A stretch of DNA of 64,000 bases. Source: an uncultured Clostridia bacterium (GTDB lineage Bacteria; Bacillota; Clostridia; TANB77; CAG-508). Location of the stretch: the NCBI GenBank assembly GCA_947632745.1, contig CANRQH010000001.1:17386-81385 (forward strand), given 5' to 3'. Both the position numbers and the translations under genes were made by a program. Positions within the stretch are counted from its first letter, which is position 1; each line of letters opens with the position of its first letter. Below are positions 42,729 to 53,078 of this stretch, in pieces. The notes below the pieces were generated by a model. The model ran no database searches. It was not told where the DNA came from and saw only the letters and a program-made list of their open reading frames with translations.

Positions 42729-44912
42729 TTATATCTTCATACTTAAACTAACTTTATGCCTATCCATATCAATTTTAATTACTTTTACTTTAACAATATC
42801 CCCTACAGATACAACTTCAGATGGATTTTTTATATATTTATCACTCATTTCAGAAATATGAACTAATCCATCATATTTTACTCCAATATCTACAAATGCA
42901 CCAAAATCAATTACATTTCTAACTGTGCCTGTAAGCACCATACCCTCTTTTAAATCCTCAAATTTTAATACATCTTGCCTTAAAATTGGCTTTGGCATAT
43001 CTTCTCTTGGGTCTCTTCCTGGCTTTGAAAGTTCTTCAATAATATCTTTTAAAGTCATTTCTCCAACTTCAAGTTCTTTTGCAGATTTTTGTACATCAAC
43101 AGTTTTTAATTTTTCTCTTAAGTCCATAACCTTTTCTTTATCTCTTAAATCCTCTTTTTTAAAACCTAAGTTTTTAAGCAATTTTTCGGCTACTTCATAA
43201 CTTTCTGGGTGAACTGCTGTTGCCTCTATTGGATTTGATCCATCTAGTATTCTTAAGAAACCTGCGCATTGCTCAAAAGCAACCTTCCCTAGCTTTGGAA
43301 CCTTTAGCAATTCCTTTCTTGTTTTTAACTTTCCATTTTCATCTCTATATTTTACTATGTTTTTTGCAATTGTATTATTAATTCCAGAAACATAGCTTAA
43401 AAGTGATGGTGTTGCAGTATTTACATCTACTCCAACTTTGTTAACGCTATCTTCTACAACTCCTGTAAGAGTTTCTCCTAATCTTTTTTGATTAACATCA
43501 TGTTGGTATTGACCAACTCCTATTGCTTTAGGGTCAATTTTTACAAGTTCTGCCAAAGGGTCTTGTAATCTTCTGGCAATAGAGATTGCTCCTCTTATAG
43601 ATACATTTATGTCAGGATATTCTTCTGTGGCTAATTTTGAAGCTGAATATACAGATGCACCCGCTTCACTAACAATTACATAATTAACTTCGTTATCAGC
43701 TTTTTTTATCATATTTGCAACAAAGCTTTCAGATTCACGAGATGCTGTACCATTACCTATTGCTATCATATCAATATGGTCTTTTTTAATAAGCTTTAAC
43801 AATTCTTTTTCTGCACCTTCTACATCATTTTGTGGTTCAGTTGGATAAACTGTCGTATAATCTAAGAGTTTTCCTGTTTCATCAATAACAGCTATTTTGC
43901 AACCTGTTCTATATGCAGGGTCAAATCCCATAACAGTTTTTCCCTTAATTGGAGCACCTAACAATAATTGTTTAGAATTTTTACCAAATACTTTAATTGC
44001 CTGTTCTTCTGCTTTTTCCGTTAGGTCTGCACGAATTTCTCTATCTATGGATGGCTCAATTAACCTTTTAAAACTGTCTAAAATTGTGTCTTTTAGCATT
44101 GTAGTAAATTGCGTTTCACCTTTTATAATGCTTCTTTCTAATATATTTAAAATTTTATCTTCTTTTTTATCAATTTTAACTTTTAAAAATTCCTCTTTTT
44201 CTCCTCTATTAATTGCTAAAATTCTATGGCTTGGAATTCTAAATGCAAGCTCACTATAATCATAATACATTTCATAATTAGACTTTTCTTCAGGATTTAC
44301 AGCTTTTGTTGAAATAAGCCCTTCCCTATAGCAAATCTTTTTAATTTTCTTTCTAAAATCTGCGTTATCTGAAATATCTTCTGCAATTATATCTAATGCT
44401 CCTTGTATTGCCTCTTCTACAGAATTAACAACTTTATCTTTATTCTTTTTATCTTCTTCTGAAAGAGTATCAACATTTATATACTCTTTTGCAATTTCAT
44501 GAATATCTTTAGTCTCAGTTTGTTCAATAATAATATTTGCTAAAGGCTCTAATCCCTTCGCTTTTGCAACAGTTGCTCTTGTTTTCTTTTTTTGTTTATA
44601 CGGTCTATAAATATCTTCAACTTCAGCTAAAGTTTTAGCACCAGCAATTGCTTGTAAAATTTCATCTGTCATTTTTCCTTGTTCTTCAATAGATTTCACA
44701 ACTTCTTCTTTACGAGTTTCCAAGTTTCTTAAATATGAAAGTCTGTCAAACAAATTTCTTAAAACTTCATCACTTAACCCACCTGTTGCTTCTTTTCTAT
44801 ATCTCGCAATAAATGGTATTGTATTTCCTTCATCAATTAATTTAACAGCATTTTCAACTTGAGTGTCTTTAACATTTAATTCGCTTGCAATTGTACCAAT
44901 AATTTTATCCAT
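42729..44912 (-). CDS. tex: Transcription accessory protein Tex (YqgF/RuvC-like, HhH and C-terminal S1 domains).
   Basis: 727 aa with the N-terminus 'NTIPFIARYRKEATGGLSDEVLR' and a C-terminal S1 domain 'GMVLTGTVRNVIDFGAFVDIG'. No in-frame CGG was found by hand scan. Confidence 0.85.
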   Translation of the reverse strand: MDKIIGTIASELNVKDTQVENAVKLIDEGNTIPFIARYRKEATGGLSDEVLRNLFDRLSYLRNLETRKEEVVKSIEEQGKMTDEILQAIAGAKTLAEVEDIYRPYKQKKKTRATVAKAKGLEPLANIIIEQTETKDIHEIAKEYINVDTLSEEDKKNKDKVVNSVEEAIQGALDIIAEDISDNADFRKKIKKICYREGLISTKAVNPEEKSNYEMYYDYSELAFRIPSHRILAINRGEKEEFLKVKIDKKEDKILNILERSIIKGETQFTTMLKDTILDSFKRLIEPSIDREIRADLTEKAEEQAIKVFGKNSKQLLLGAPIKGKTVMGFDPAYRTGCKIAVIDETGKLLDYTTVYPTEPQNDVEGAEKELLKLIKKDHIDMIAIGNGTASRESESFVANMIKKADNEVNYVIVSEAGASVYSASKLATEEYPDINVSIRGAISIARRLQDPLAELVKIDPKAIGVGQYQHDVNQKRLGETLTGVVEDSVNKVGVDVNTATPSLLSYVSGINNTIAKNIVKYRDENGKLKTRKELLKVPKLGKVAFEQCAGFLRILDGSNPIEATAVHPESYEVAEKLLKNLGFKKEDLRDKEKVMDLREKLKTVDVQKSAKELEVGEMTLKDIIEELSKPGRDPREDMPKPILRQDVLKFEDLKEGMVLTGTVRNVIDFGAFVDIGVKYDGLVHISEMSDKYIKNPSEVVSVGDIVKVKVIKIDMDRHKVSLSMKI

Positions 44913-45071
44913 TTTTACATTCCCTTCTTTTTTATATATAATTTTTCGAGCAAATCAAAAACGAGTATTACAAGGCAAAATTTTATTTAAAAAGCGGAGT
45001 GTACAGATAGTACATGAGCATTTTTAAATAAAATTTTAACACAGTAAGACGAAGTTTTTCATTTGCTCATT

Positions 45072-46655
45072 TTACTCGATTCCTAAGTATTCATTGTATG
45101 TTATTTCTCTATCTACTAATTTTCCATCTTGTTTTAAATCAATTATTCTATTTGCAACAGTTTGAGTTAACTCATGGTCATGAGAAGTAAACAAAATATT
45201 ACCTTTAAACTTCTTCATGCCCTCATTTAGTGAAGTTATGCTTTCCATATCCAAATGGTTTGTTGGTTCATCAAAAATTAAGAAATTTGCTCCTGATAAC
45301 ATCATTTTAGATAAAACACATCTTACCTTTTCTCCACCAGAGATTACTTTTGCTTTTTTTAATGCTTCTTCACCTGAAAATAACATTCTTCCTAAAAAGC
45401 TTCTTACATATGTTTCGTCTGGATCTTTAGAATATTTTCTAAGCCAATCAGTTAAGTTTTCTTCTGTTTCAAATAAATAGTTGTTATCCTTAGGGAAATA
45501 GGTATGTGAGATAGTTTGTCCCCATATTATTTCTCCTTCATCTGGCTCAAGTTCTCCTTCTATTATTTGAAATAAAACTGTTTTTGCAAGTTCGTTGTCT
45601 GCTAAAAATGCAATTTTATCATCTTGCTTTACCGTAAATGAAACATTGTTTAATATTTTTTCTCCATTTACTGTTTTAGATATATTTTTTAATTGTAAAA
45701 TTTCTTTTCCAGGTTCTCTATCTGGCTTAAAATCTACATATGGATATTTTCTGTTTGATGGTTTTATTTCTTCTAGTTGAATTTTTTCTAAGGTCTTTTT
45801 CCTTGAGGTTGCTTGTTTTGATTTTGATGCATTTGCACTAAATCTTGCAATAAAGTCTTGTAATTCTTTTATTTTTTCTTCTTTCTTTTTATTTTGTTCT
45901 CTTGCTTGTCTTAATGCTAACTGACTAGATTCGTACCAGAAATCATAGTTTCCTGGATATACTGTTATTCTACCAAAGTCAACATCTGCAATATATGTGC
46001 ATACTTTATTTAAGAAATATCTATCGTGTGATACAACAATTACCGTATTTTCAAAATTTATTAAAAATTCTTGTAACCAATTTATGCTTTTTAAATCTAA
46101 GTCATTTGTTGGCTCGTCTAATAAAAGAATATCTGGATTTCCAAATAAACTTTGTGCTAAAAGCACTTTTACTTTTTCTTTTGCTTCTATTTCTTTCATT
46201 AATTTATAATGATTTTCTGGTGCTATTCCTAAATCATTTAAAAGCATTGCTGCGTCAGACTCAGCATTCCATCCATCAAGCTCTGCGAATCTTTCTTCTA
46301 ATTTTGCGGCTTTCATTCCGTCTTCTTCAGAAAAATCCGGTTTTGCATATATTTCTTCTTTTTCTTTCATAATGTCATATAATTCTTTGTTTCCCATTAT
46401 TACGGTATCTATTACTGTAAAATCCTCATATGCAAAGTGGTCTTGTTTTAATATAGATATTCTTTCTCCTTTGTCTAAAGTTACATCTCCTTTACTTGGT
46501 TCTATTTCTCCTGATAAAACCTTTAAAAATGTAGATTTTCCAGCTCCATTGGCTCCTATTATTCCGTAGCAATTTCCTTTACTAAAGTTGATATTTACAT
46601 CTTCAAATAAAACTCTTTTACCAAATCTAACTGTTACGCTATTGGCTGATAACAT
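45072..46655 (-). CDS. ABC-F family ATPase with two ABC domains and no TM domain.
   Basis: Two Walker A sites ('GANGAGKST' and a degenerate one), two LSGGE signatures, and an inter-domain linker. No in-frame CGG was found by hand scan. Confidence 0.8.
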   Translation of the reverse strand: MLSANSVTVRFGKRVLFEDVNINFSKGNCYGIIGANGAGKSTFLKVLSGEIEPSKGDVTLDKGERISILKQDHFAYEDFTVIDTVIMGNKELYDIMKEKEEIYAKPDFSEEDGMKAAKLEERFAELDGWNAESDAAMLLNDLGIAPENHYKLMKEIEAKEKVKVLLAQSLFGNPDILLLDEPTNDLDLKSINWLQEFLINFENTVIVVSHDRYFLNKVCTYIADVDFGRITVYPGNYDFWYESSQLALRQAREQNKKKEEKIKELQDFIARFSANASKSKQATSRKKTLEKIQLEEIKPSNRKYPYVDFKPDREPGKEILQLKNISKTVNGEKILNNVSFTVKQDDKIAFLADNELAKTVLFQIIEGELEPDEGEIIWGQTISHTYFPKDNNYLFETEENLTDWLRKYSKDPDETYVRSFLGRMLFSGEEALKKAKVISGGEKVRCVLSKMMLSGANFLIFDEPTNHLDMESITSLNEGMKKFKGNILFTSHDHELTQTVANRIIDLKQDGKLVDREITYNEYLGIE

Positions 46656-46768
46656 TTTCTTCGCTCCTCCTTATAAAAACAAATTTTAGAAAATGCAAAG
46701 CAGTTTTACTTTAAACATTTTCTAAAATTTATACATTTAAGATTCATTTTTTTATGTGCTTATTAAAT

Positions 46769-48808
46769 TTAATTATTATCCTCGTCATCAATAGGTCCAA
46801 ATAATTCATCAAATTTTGCTTCTAATTCTTTTTGTAAATCATATTCATCTTCTGGCTCACCTTCCATTGGAAGTATTGGTGCATCATTAATATCGTCATC
46901 TTGTATATCTAATTTGTTATTTTCACTATCATATTGACGATTTTGATTAACATTATTTGACTGAACTGCAACTGTTTGTTTATTTTCCTCATTTTCATCA
47001 TCATCAAATAAATCATCTAAAGATTCTACTTTTAAGTCTTTAACAGGCTCTTCGTTTTTATCTTCAACATATGGATTATATGGATTATATTTTCTCCATT
47101 TTCCTCTTTCAATTTCGCCTATATCATTATGGCTGATTTCGTATTTTGCAAGCTCTTTTGCCATAGGCTTTTGGAAATAATAAAATTTTCTAGCCTTAAC
47201 AGGTCTTACACCTTTTTCGAAAATTATACATAAGTCATTATCCATTCTTCTTAATTCATCAGGTGTCATTAATGCTCTTCCCATTATTTGGTCTGAATCA
47301 CTTGATCCAGTTTTAATATGGTCTCTATCTCTATTTGTAGATATACTTTCATGTGCAATTGTCTTTTCTCCTAATGCTTTTGAAAAATATTCAACTGTTT
47401 TTTGTGAGTTACTTCCTAAAAATACGTGCGTATCACAGTTACCAATAATTGTTTCGTAAGATTTTTCATATACTGCCTCTAATTGGTCTAAGTTTTGTAA
47501 TATAACACTAAATGAAATTCCTCTACTTCTTGATGTTGATATTTTCTTATCAAAATCTGGTATTTTTCCTATATTTGCAAACTCATCTAATATAAAATAT
47601 GTTCTTTCTTTTAATTTTCCACCATTATTGTCCGCAAAGTTATATAATTGTTGAATCATTTGTGAGAAAAATATTGTAAGCAAGAAATCGTATGCCCCAT
47701 GTGTATCTGATGAAATTACATATACTGCAGTCTTTTGAGAACCAATTTCTTCAAAATCAATTGTATCTGTTGATGTAAGTTCTGCAATTTCTTTTGAATC
47801 GAATTTTCCTAGTTTAGATTGTAATGTACTTAAAATTGAACTATATGTTTTTTCTGGTGCTATTTCTATAGATTTATAGTTCATTCTTGCTGGATGGTCA
47901 TATGGAAGTTGACTCATAAGTTCTGTTAATAAGTTACTTCCTCCATTTGAGTTAGCAGCTCTAACTAACTCTGCACAACTTGCTAAGTTTTGTTCTTCTT
48001 CTGGTCTTGTTGCTATTAAATAATATATTAAAGCTTTTAATAACATCTCAGCTGAATCATCCCAAAATGGATCAGAACCCCCACCTTCTGTTTTTTGCCC
48101 TTTAACTATTGTATTTGCTATAACGTCTACATCTATTTCAGAAGATATGTGCATTAATGGATTATATCCGTCACTATACTGCGGATTTACTAGATTGAAA
48201 ACTTTTATTTTATATCCATGTTGCTTTAAAAATCCGGCTGTTCTATCATATAATTCTCCCTTTGGATCTGTAAATACATATGACCCTAGCATTTGATATG
48301 CATTAGGAATAGAATATGCTGAAGATTTACCAGAACCTGAACCTCCGACGATTAAAGCATTGACATTTCCAAGTTTATCTAGTGGTAAATAATTGTTTTC
48401 TGCTAAAATTATACCTTTATTTCTACTTAATATTCTATATTGCTCTCCATGTAAGCTCCAATCACTAGAACCATGCTCTATATCATCATATCTATGTTTT
48501 GGCATTAATCTTATTATTCCTATTGATACAAATACTGTATAGAATAATGTAAATCCAAATAGATTTTTTAAAAATTTTGAAACTAGATGATATTGAAATA
48601 TTGATTTAATTCCTAAAATAGGATTGGATGCTGCTCTTGTAAATACTTTAAAATATGCATCAGAATTGAATCCACCTGATAGCTTAATTTGATAAGAACC
48701 ACAAGTTATTGGAATAATAAATACTATAGCTAATAAAAGCCATAGTATAACTGCAATTATTATTGATGTTCTACTTTTTCTAAAAGCTCCTTCAATTTTA
48801 TAATTCAT
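46769..48808 (-). CDS. Type IV secretion coupling protein (VirD4/TraG/TraD family ATPase) with an N-terminal TM segment and an acidic C-terminal tail.
   Basis: 'HGSSDWS', Walker A 'VGGSGSGKSS', 'DPKGEL', Walker B 'FILDEFANIG' and 'RSRGI' are present. The protein is 679 aa. No relaxase or integrase is adjacent. Confidence 0.7.
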   Translation of the reverse strand: MNYKIEGAFRKSRTSIIIAVILWLLLAIVFIIPITCGSYQIKLSGGFNSDAYFKVFTRAASNPILGIKSIFQYHLVSKFLKNLFGFTLFYTVFVSIGIIRLMPKHRYDDIEHGSSDWSLHGEQYRILSRNKGIILAENNYLPLDKLGNVNALIVGGSGSGKSSAYSIPNAYQMLGSYVFTDPKGELYDRTAGFLKQHGYKIKVFNLVNPQYSDGYNPLMHISSEIDVDVIANTIVKGQKTEGGGSDPFWDDSAEMLLKALIYYLIATRPEEEQNLASCAELVRAANSNGGSNLLTELMSQLPYDHPARMNYKSIEIAPEKTYSSILSTLQSKLGKFDSKEIAELTSTDTIDFEEIGSQKTAVYVISSDTHGAYDFLLTIFFSQMIQQLYNFADNNGGKLKERTYFILDEFANIGKIPDFDKKISTSRSRGISFSVILQNLDQLEAVYEKSYETIIGNCDTHVFLGSNSQKTVEYFSKALGEKTIAHESISTNRDRDHIKTGSSDSDQIMGRALMTPDELRRMDNDLCIIFEKGVRPVKARKFYYFQKPMAKELAKYEISHNDIGEIERGKWRKYNPYNPYVEDKNEEPVKDLKVESLDDLFDDDENEENKQTVAVQSNNVNQNRQYDSENNKLDIQDDDINDAPILPMEGEPEDEYDLQKELEAKFDELFGPIDDEDNN

Positions 48809-48860
48809 TTTAAATCACCCATCTCTTTTGTTTTATTATTCTCTTATATTTGCATTTTTA

Positions 48861-49142
48861 TTATCTGTCTACACCCCTGTCAGAAGCTGCTTCTATTGAC
48901 ATAGTTTCTGTTGAAGGTGATAATTCTGTTACAATATGTTCTTTGTTAAATGGTCTTTTTTCGTTTAATATCTTTAATGTATGTTCATCATGTTTTATAT
49001 TTTTATCTTTGTCAAATATTTCTACCATTTCCATAGTTGCTAATGGTATATTTTCACCTGTACTAGGAGTTCTATGTTTTTTTACTTTCTCAAGTTCTTT
49101 TATAAACTCTTCTATTTTAGCTTGCTTTTCCTTTTCTGTCAT
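48861..49142 (-). CDS. Hypothetical protein, 93 aa, immediately upstream of the coupling-protein gene on the same strand.
   Basis: The ORF has no recognisable domain. Confidence 0.35.
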   Translation of the reverse strand: MTEKEKQAKIEEFIKELEKVKKHRTPSTGENIPLATMEMVEIFDKDKNIKHDEHTLKILNEKRPFNKEHIVTELSPSTETMSIEAASDRGVDR

Positions 49143-49155
49143 TTAGGGTTCCTCC

Positions 49156-49692
49156 TTATTTTTTATCATCTCTTATTTCAAATGTAAAATAAGATTTATT
49201 TGGTTTTAATTTGCATTTTCCTTTAACTTCATCATCTCTTTCATCATAATAAAGATCAGGTTTTATTTCTTCCGTGGTTTCTGGGTCTATTATTGTAATA
49301 GCTCTCTTTAAATTTGGTGTATATCTGAAATCCTTAAATTCAGTTTTTTCTTCAGAATAAATTGTATTGAATTTAAATGGTATCGGTTTTTTTGAAATTT
49401 TTACTTCATCATTAATAAGCAATCCATTATTAATAATAACCTTTTCTTTTGCAAAAGAAAAAATTATTAATTGATTTCCACTTTCTTGAGGGTCTTCTAC
49501 GTAAAATGTCCTTTTCTTTAAATCCCCAACAAACTGCTCTGTTGAATTTAATCTTTCAACAGTATATTTAGGGTATTTGTGCAAATACTCTTTGTCTGTT
49601 TTGTAAACCTCATAAATAACTGTGTTTACCCCCTTAGGGTCAGTTATACTAAAGTGTTTTCCTTTCCATGATTCCATTTTAAATTCCTCCAC
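49156..49692 (-). CDS. Hypothetical protein, 178 aa, upstream of the 93-aa ORF on the same strand.
   Basis: The ORF is coupled to the next ORF with a 13-nt gap. No recognisable domain. Confidence 0.35.
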   Translation of the reverse strand: MEEFKMESWKGKHFSITDPKGVNTVIYEVYKTDKEYLHKYPKYTVERLNSTEQFVGDLKKRTFYVEDPQESGNQLIIFSFAKEKVIINNGLLINDEVKISKKPIPFKFNTIYSEEKTEFKDFRYTPNLKRAITIIDPETTEEIKPDLYYDERDDEVKGKCKLKPNKSYFTFEIRDDKK

Positions 49693-49787
49693 CTTCTATG
49701 ATTTATTATAACATAGCGTATTCATTTGTATAATCACTAAATATAATTATACCAATTTTTACGTTTTATGTCAATAGTATTTTATAT

Positions 49788-50702
49788 TTATTTATTTCTT
49801 GGGTTAAAAGTTGAAATACTACTTAACTTTTCGAATAACTTTTCTTCCTCTTCACTAAGTTTTTTGGGTACCATAATATTAATATTAACTATTAAATCGC
49901 CTCTGCCACCTTTTCCATCTTTATATCCTTTTCCTGAAATTTTAACTATTTCTCCTGTTTCTATACCTTTTGGGATATAAACTTCGGTTTGTTCATCTAT
50001 GGAATATACCTTTACTTTGGTTCCTAAAGCAGCTTCCCATGGTGTTAAATATAAATTTGTATATAAATCATTTCCTTGCAATTTAAATTTATTATTATCT
50101 TTTATATTAACTTTTATAAACAAATCTCCATTTTTGCCACCATCTTTGCCACTTTTTCCCTGTCCTATAAGTCTTATTTTTTCTCCATTATGAAGACCTG
50201 CAGGAATTGAAACCGTAAATACTTTCATTTTTCCATCAATAGTTCTAAGCGATATTTTTTTGTCTAATCCATAAAATACTTCTTCTATTTCAACATTTAT
50301 ACTTGTTTCTAAATTTTCACCTTTAATAGGTGTTTTTCCAGATTGATTTTTTGGCTTTCTTTTCTTATCTACATTTTCTTTTTTTTCAATATTTCCAAAA
50401 AACATACTAAATAAATCATCAAATGTTGAATTTGATTTTTTATTTTCTTCTTTATACTCTTTTTGTTTTACTTGTGCATTATTTCTGTTCCAAATTCTAT
50501 CATACTTCCTTTTTGAAGTACTATCTGAAAGAATTTTATATGCTTCATTTATATCTTTAATTTTCTCCTCAGCTAGCTTATCTTCTATATTTAAATCTGG
50601 ATGATTTTTTTTAACAGCTAGTCTATATGCATTTTTAATTTGTTCTGAAGATACTCTATTTGTCTTTAGTTCCAATATTTTGTAATAATCTTTAAATATC
50701 AT
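49788..50702 (-). CDS. DnaJ/CbpA-like J-domain protein without a zinc-finger region.
   Basis: A J-domain 'DYYKILELKTNRVSSEQIKNAYRLAVKKNHPDLN' and a DnaJ C-terminal beta-sandwich region. The likely start is the internal Met (MIFKDYYKIL). Confidence 0.7.
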   Translation of the reverse strand: MIFKDYYKILELKTNRVSSEQIKNAYRLAVKKNHPDLNIEDKLAEEKIKDINEAYKILSDSTSKRKYDRIWNRNNAQVKQKEYKEENKKSNSTFDDLFSMFFGNIEKKENVDKKRKPKNQSGKTPIKGENLETSINVEIEEVFYGLDKKISLRTIDGKMKVFTVSIPAGLHNGEKIRLIGQGKSGKDGGKNGDLFIKVNIKDNNKFKLQGNDLYTNLYLTPWEAALGTKVKVYSIDEQTEVYIPKGIETGEIVKISGKGYKDGKGGRGDLIVNINIMVPKKLSEEEEKLFEKLSSISTFNPRNK

Positions 50703-50858
50703 CTCTATCCTCTCCAAATTTAAATTACAAACATTATAGCAGTAAACAAAAAAAAAATCCATAGTTTTTATGGATTTTTTTTATTTTCTTAACCTTTTTT
50801 ATTTTACATATAAATATAGATTTTTATAGCCTATTTTAAACTTTAACTCTTCTATCTT

Positions 50859-51989
50859 TTAATCATCAATTAAGCCAAAACCGGTTGCAATAAATCTAGT
50901 TTTGTGAGCTCCTGTACTATCTATTGGGTCATTTATCAATTCATAATTTACAACTAATGCAGTTGAAGTTCCACCATCCAAATTAGCCGCATTATATGCT
51001 CCATAATTTTGCATTATTTCAATTAAATCATCCATATCTGCCCCTGGTCTTGTAATTGTTCTTCCATCTATTGCTAAAAATAATACAATTCCATCTTTTC
51101 TTTGACCTATAGCACTACGGGGTGCTGTTCCCCAGCCTCCATTTCCAACAACTTTTGATGCATTTCCATTTACTATTAAAAATGGCCCACATGTTACGCA
51201 ATCTCTAATTCCAAGAGATCTGGCAGTTTTTTCTGTACATTTAGATGCTAGTACAAGTTTATTGTCATTATCAAATCCAATTATTCCTCCTGCACCCGCA
51301 TAGTAAGTAGTTGTTAATACTTTTCCTTTTGATAATGTAACTCCTAATGGTTTAGCTCCATTACTACTATAATTTGGATCTTCAAATCCACCACCATTTA
51401 TTGCAACAACAGCCTTATTTGCTTTTGCCATAGTTGTTAAGTATTGCCCACTAACTCCCATTTTGGCAGTAACTAAAGTACGTACTTTTGATGGATCATA
51501 TATTACAGCTAAATATCCAGAATATCCTTTTCCTGAAATTTCTAATATTTTATATTTATCATCAGGGTTTTCTTTTTCTAAAACTTGTCGTTCGTATTCA
51601 TTTGCGTATTCTACTTTTTCTTCCATATTTACAACTATTGCATCTGTATCTGTTTCTTCTATTATTTCTTCTACTCTATTTGTACCCATTACCTCATCAA
51701 TTGTCTCTTGGCTGTAAAATAAATATGCAATCCATTGGTGACTCATAGTCGTCATTGCCGTAGTGATTAGCCAATCTCTAAAGCCATGATACGGTCCATA
51801 CAATAGAAATGCTAAAGAACTAATTCCAAGTATAATAAGTATTAAAAGAGTAATTAAAATTCTTTTCAATATACTTCCCTTTTTTTTCTTATGTGCGCTT
51901 TTCTTTTTATAGCTGTGCTCTTGATTTACATTATTTATTCTTTCTCCCATCTCTTTCACATTTTCTGTTTGTCCAATTATCTGATTCAT
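50859..51989 (-). CDS. Phosphodiester glycosidase family protein (DUF2233/NAGPA-like) with an N-terminal TM anchor.
   Basis: 'VVAINGGGFEDPNYSSNGAKPLGVTLSKGKVL' and '...AIDGRTITRPGADMDDLIEIMQNYGAYNAANLDGGTS' are present. Confidence 0.6.
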   Translation of the reverse strand: MNQIIGQTENVKEMGERINNVNQEHSYKKKSAHKKKKGSILKRILITLLILIILGISSLAFLLYGPYHGFRDWLITTAMTTMSHQWIAYLFYSQETIDEVMGTNRVEEIIEETDTDAIVVNMEEKVEYANEYERQVLEKENPDDKYKILEISGKGYSGYLAVIYDPSKVRTLVTAKMGVSGQYLTTMAKANKAVVAINGGGFEDPNYSSNGAKPLGVTLSKGKVLTTTYYAGAGGIIGFDNDNKLVLASKCTEKTARSLGIRDCVTCGPFLIVNGNASKVVGNGGWGTAPRSAIGQRKDGIVLFLAIDGRTITRPGADMDDLIEIMQNYGAYNAANLDGGTSTALVVNYELINDPIDSTGAHKTRFIATGFGLIDD

Positions 51990-52054
51990 TTACACTTCAT
52001 CCTTTTTTCTTTTATAGTTACCACATATTATTTTACTACATATATATAATAATT

Positions 52055-52990
52055 TCAACTGTTTAATTCAATATGTTTTTCTAATAAAATAATTTTTTTA
52101 TTTTTAGATGTATCTATTTTTGCTTTAATACCAATTGGTATAGTTATCTTTTTTGCAATATGTCCAAAATTATTTGATTTTATAATTGGAAAATTATATT
52201 CATCTTCTATAACATCTTTAACAATTTTTTCTAAAGAAATTTTGCTTTCATGTTCATAACTTCCTATCCATATGCCATTTATTTTAGAAAACACATCATT
52301 TTGTTTCATATAATATAAGAAACTACTTACAAATTTTGGATCAGATTCTTCTGCTAAGTCTTCAATAAACATAATTTTATTCTCAAAATCTAATGAATAT
52401 TTACCGCAAACCATACGGCTTAAGCAATTTAAGTTTCCACCAATTAATTCTCCTTCGCATACACCTTTTTGTATTATTGTAAACTTTTCACCTTGTTTTT
52501 GTAAAGTATTCTTCCCTTTCATTAGTTTGTCTATTATGTCTTCAAACACACTAGAATCATCCCAATCTGAGATTGCCTTAAATGTAGAAGCATGGAATGT
52601 TATTAAACCTGTTTTTTTATTTATCATATTAAGCAAAGATGTAGAATCGCTGAATCCGCAAAAGATTTTGGGATTTTTCTTTATTAATTCATAATCTATA
52701 TAATCAAATAATGTATTTGAATTTTCTCCACCTTTAGCACAAAATATAGCTTGTACATCTTTATTTAAAAATGCTAAATTTAAATCCACTGCTTTTTCCT
52801 TAGGCGTTGCACCATATCCTAATGTATTTGAATTTACGTATTTTCCATATATAACATTTATTCCTCTTGAATTAAAAAGTTTTTCTGTTTCTTTTAAAAA
52901 TTTAACGTCATCTTCTTGAACAGAGTTTGATGGTGCAATAACTTGTATTGTGTCTCCTTTTTTTAATTTATTTGGTATTATTTTTTTCAT
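52055..52990 (-). CDS. ldcA: LD-carboxypeptidase (peptidase S66, LdcA/MccF-like).
   Basis: The Ser nucleophile context 'IFCGFSDSTSLLNMI' is present and the overall length is 311 aa. Confidence 0.7.
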   Translation of the reverse strand: MKKIIPNKLKKGDTIQVIAPSNSVQEDDVKFLKETEKLFNSRGINVIYGKYVNSNTLGYGATPKEKAVDLNLAFLNKDVQAIFCAKGGENSNTLFDYIDYELIKKNPKIFCGFSDSTSLLNMINKKTGLITFHASTFKAISDWDDSSVFEDIIDKLMKGKNTLQKQGEKFTIIQKGVCEGELIGGNLNCLSRMVCGKYSLDFENKIMFIEDLAEESDPKFVSSFLYYMKQNDVFSKINGIWIGSYEHESKISLEKIVKDVIEDEYNFPIIKSNNFGHIAKKITIPIGIKAKIDTSKNKKIILLEKHIELNS

Positions 52991-53078
52991 TATTCATTCC
53001 TCCTCTAATATAATTAAAAAAAACAACTTATTCTTTCTATTTTTATACATTATTTTTCTTTATATTTCAAGCATATCT

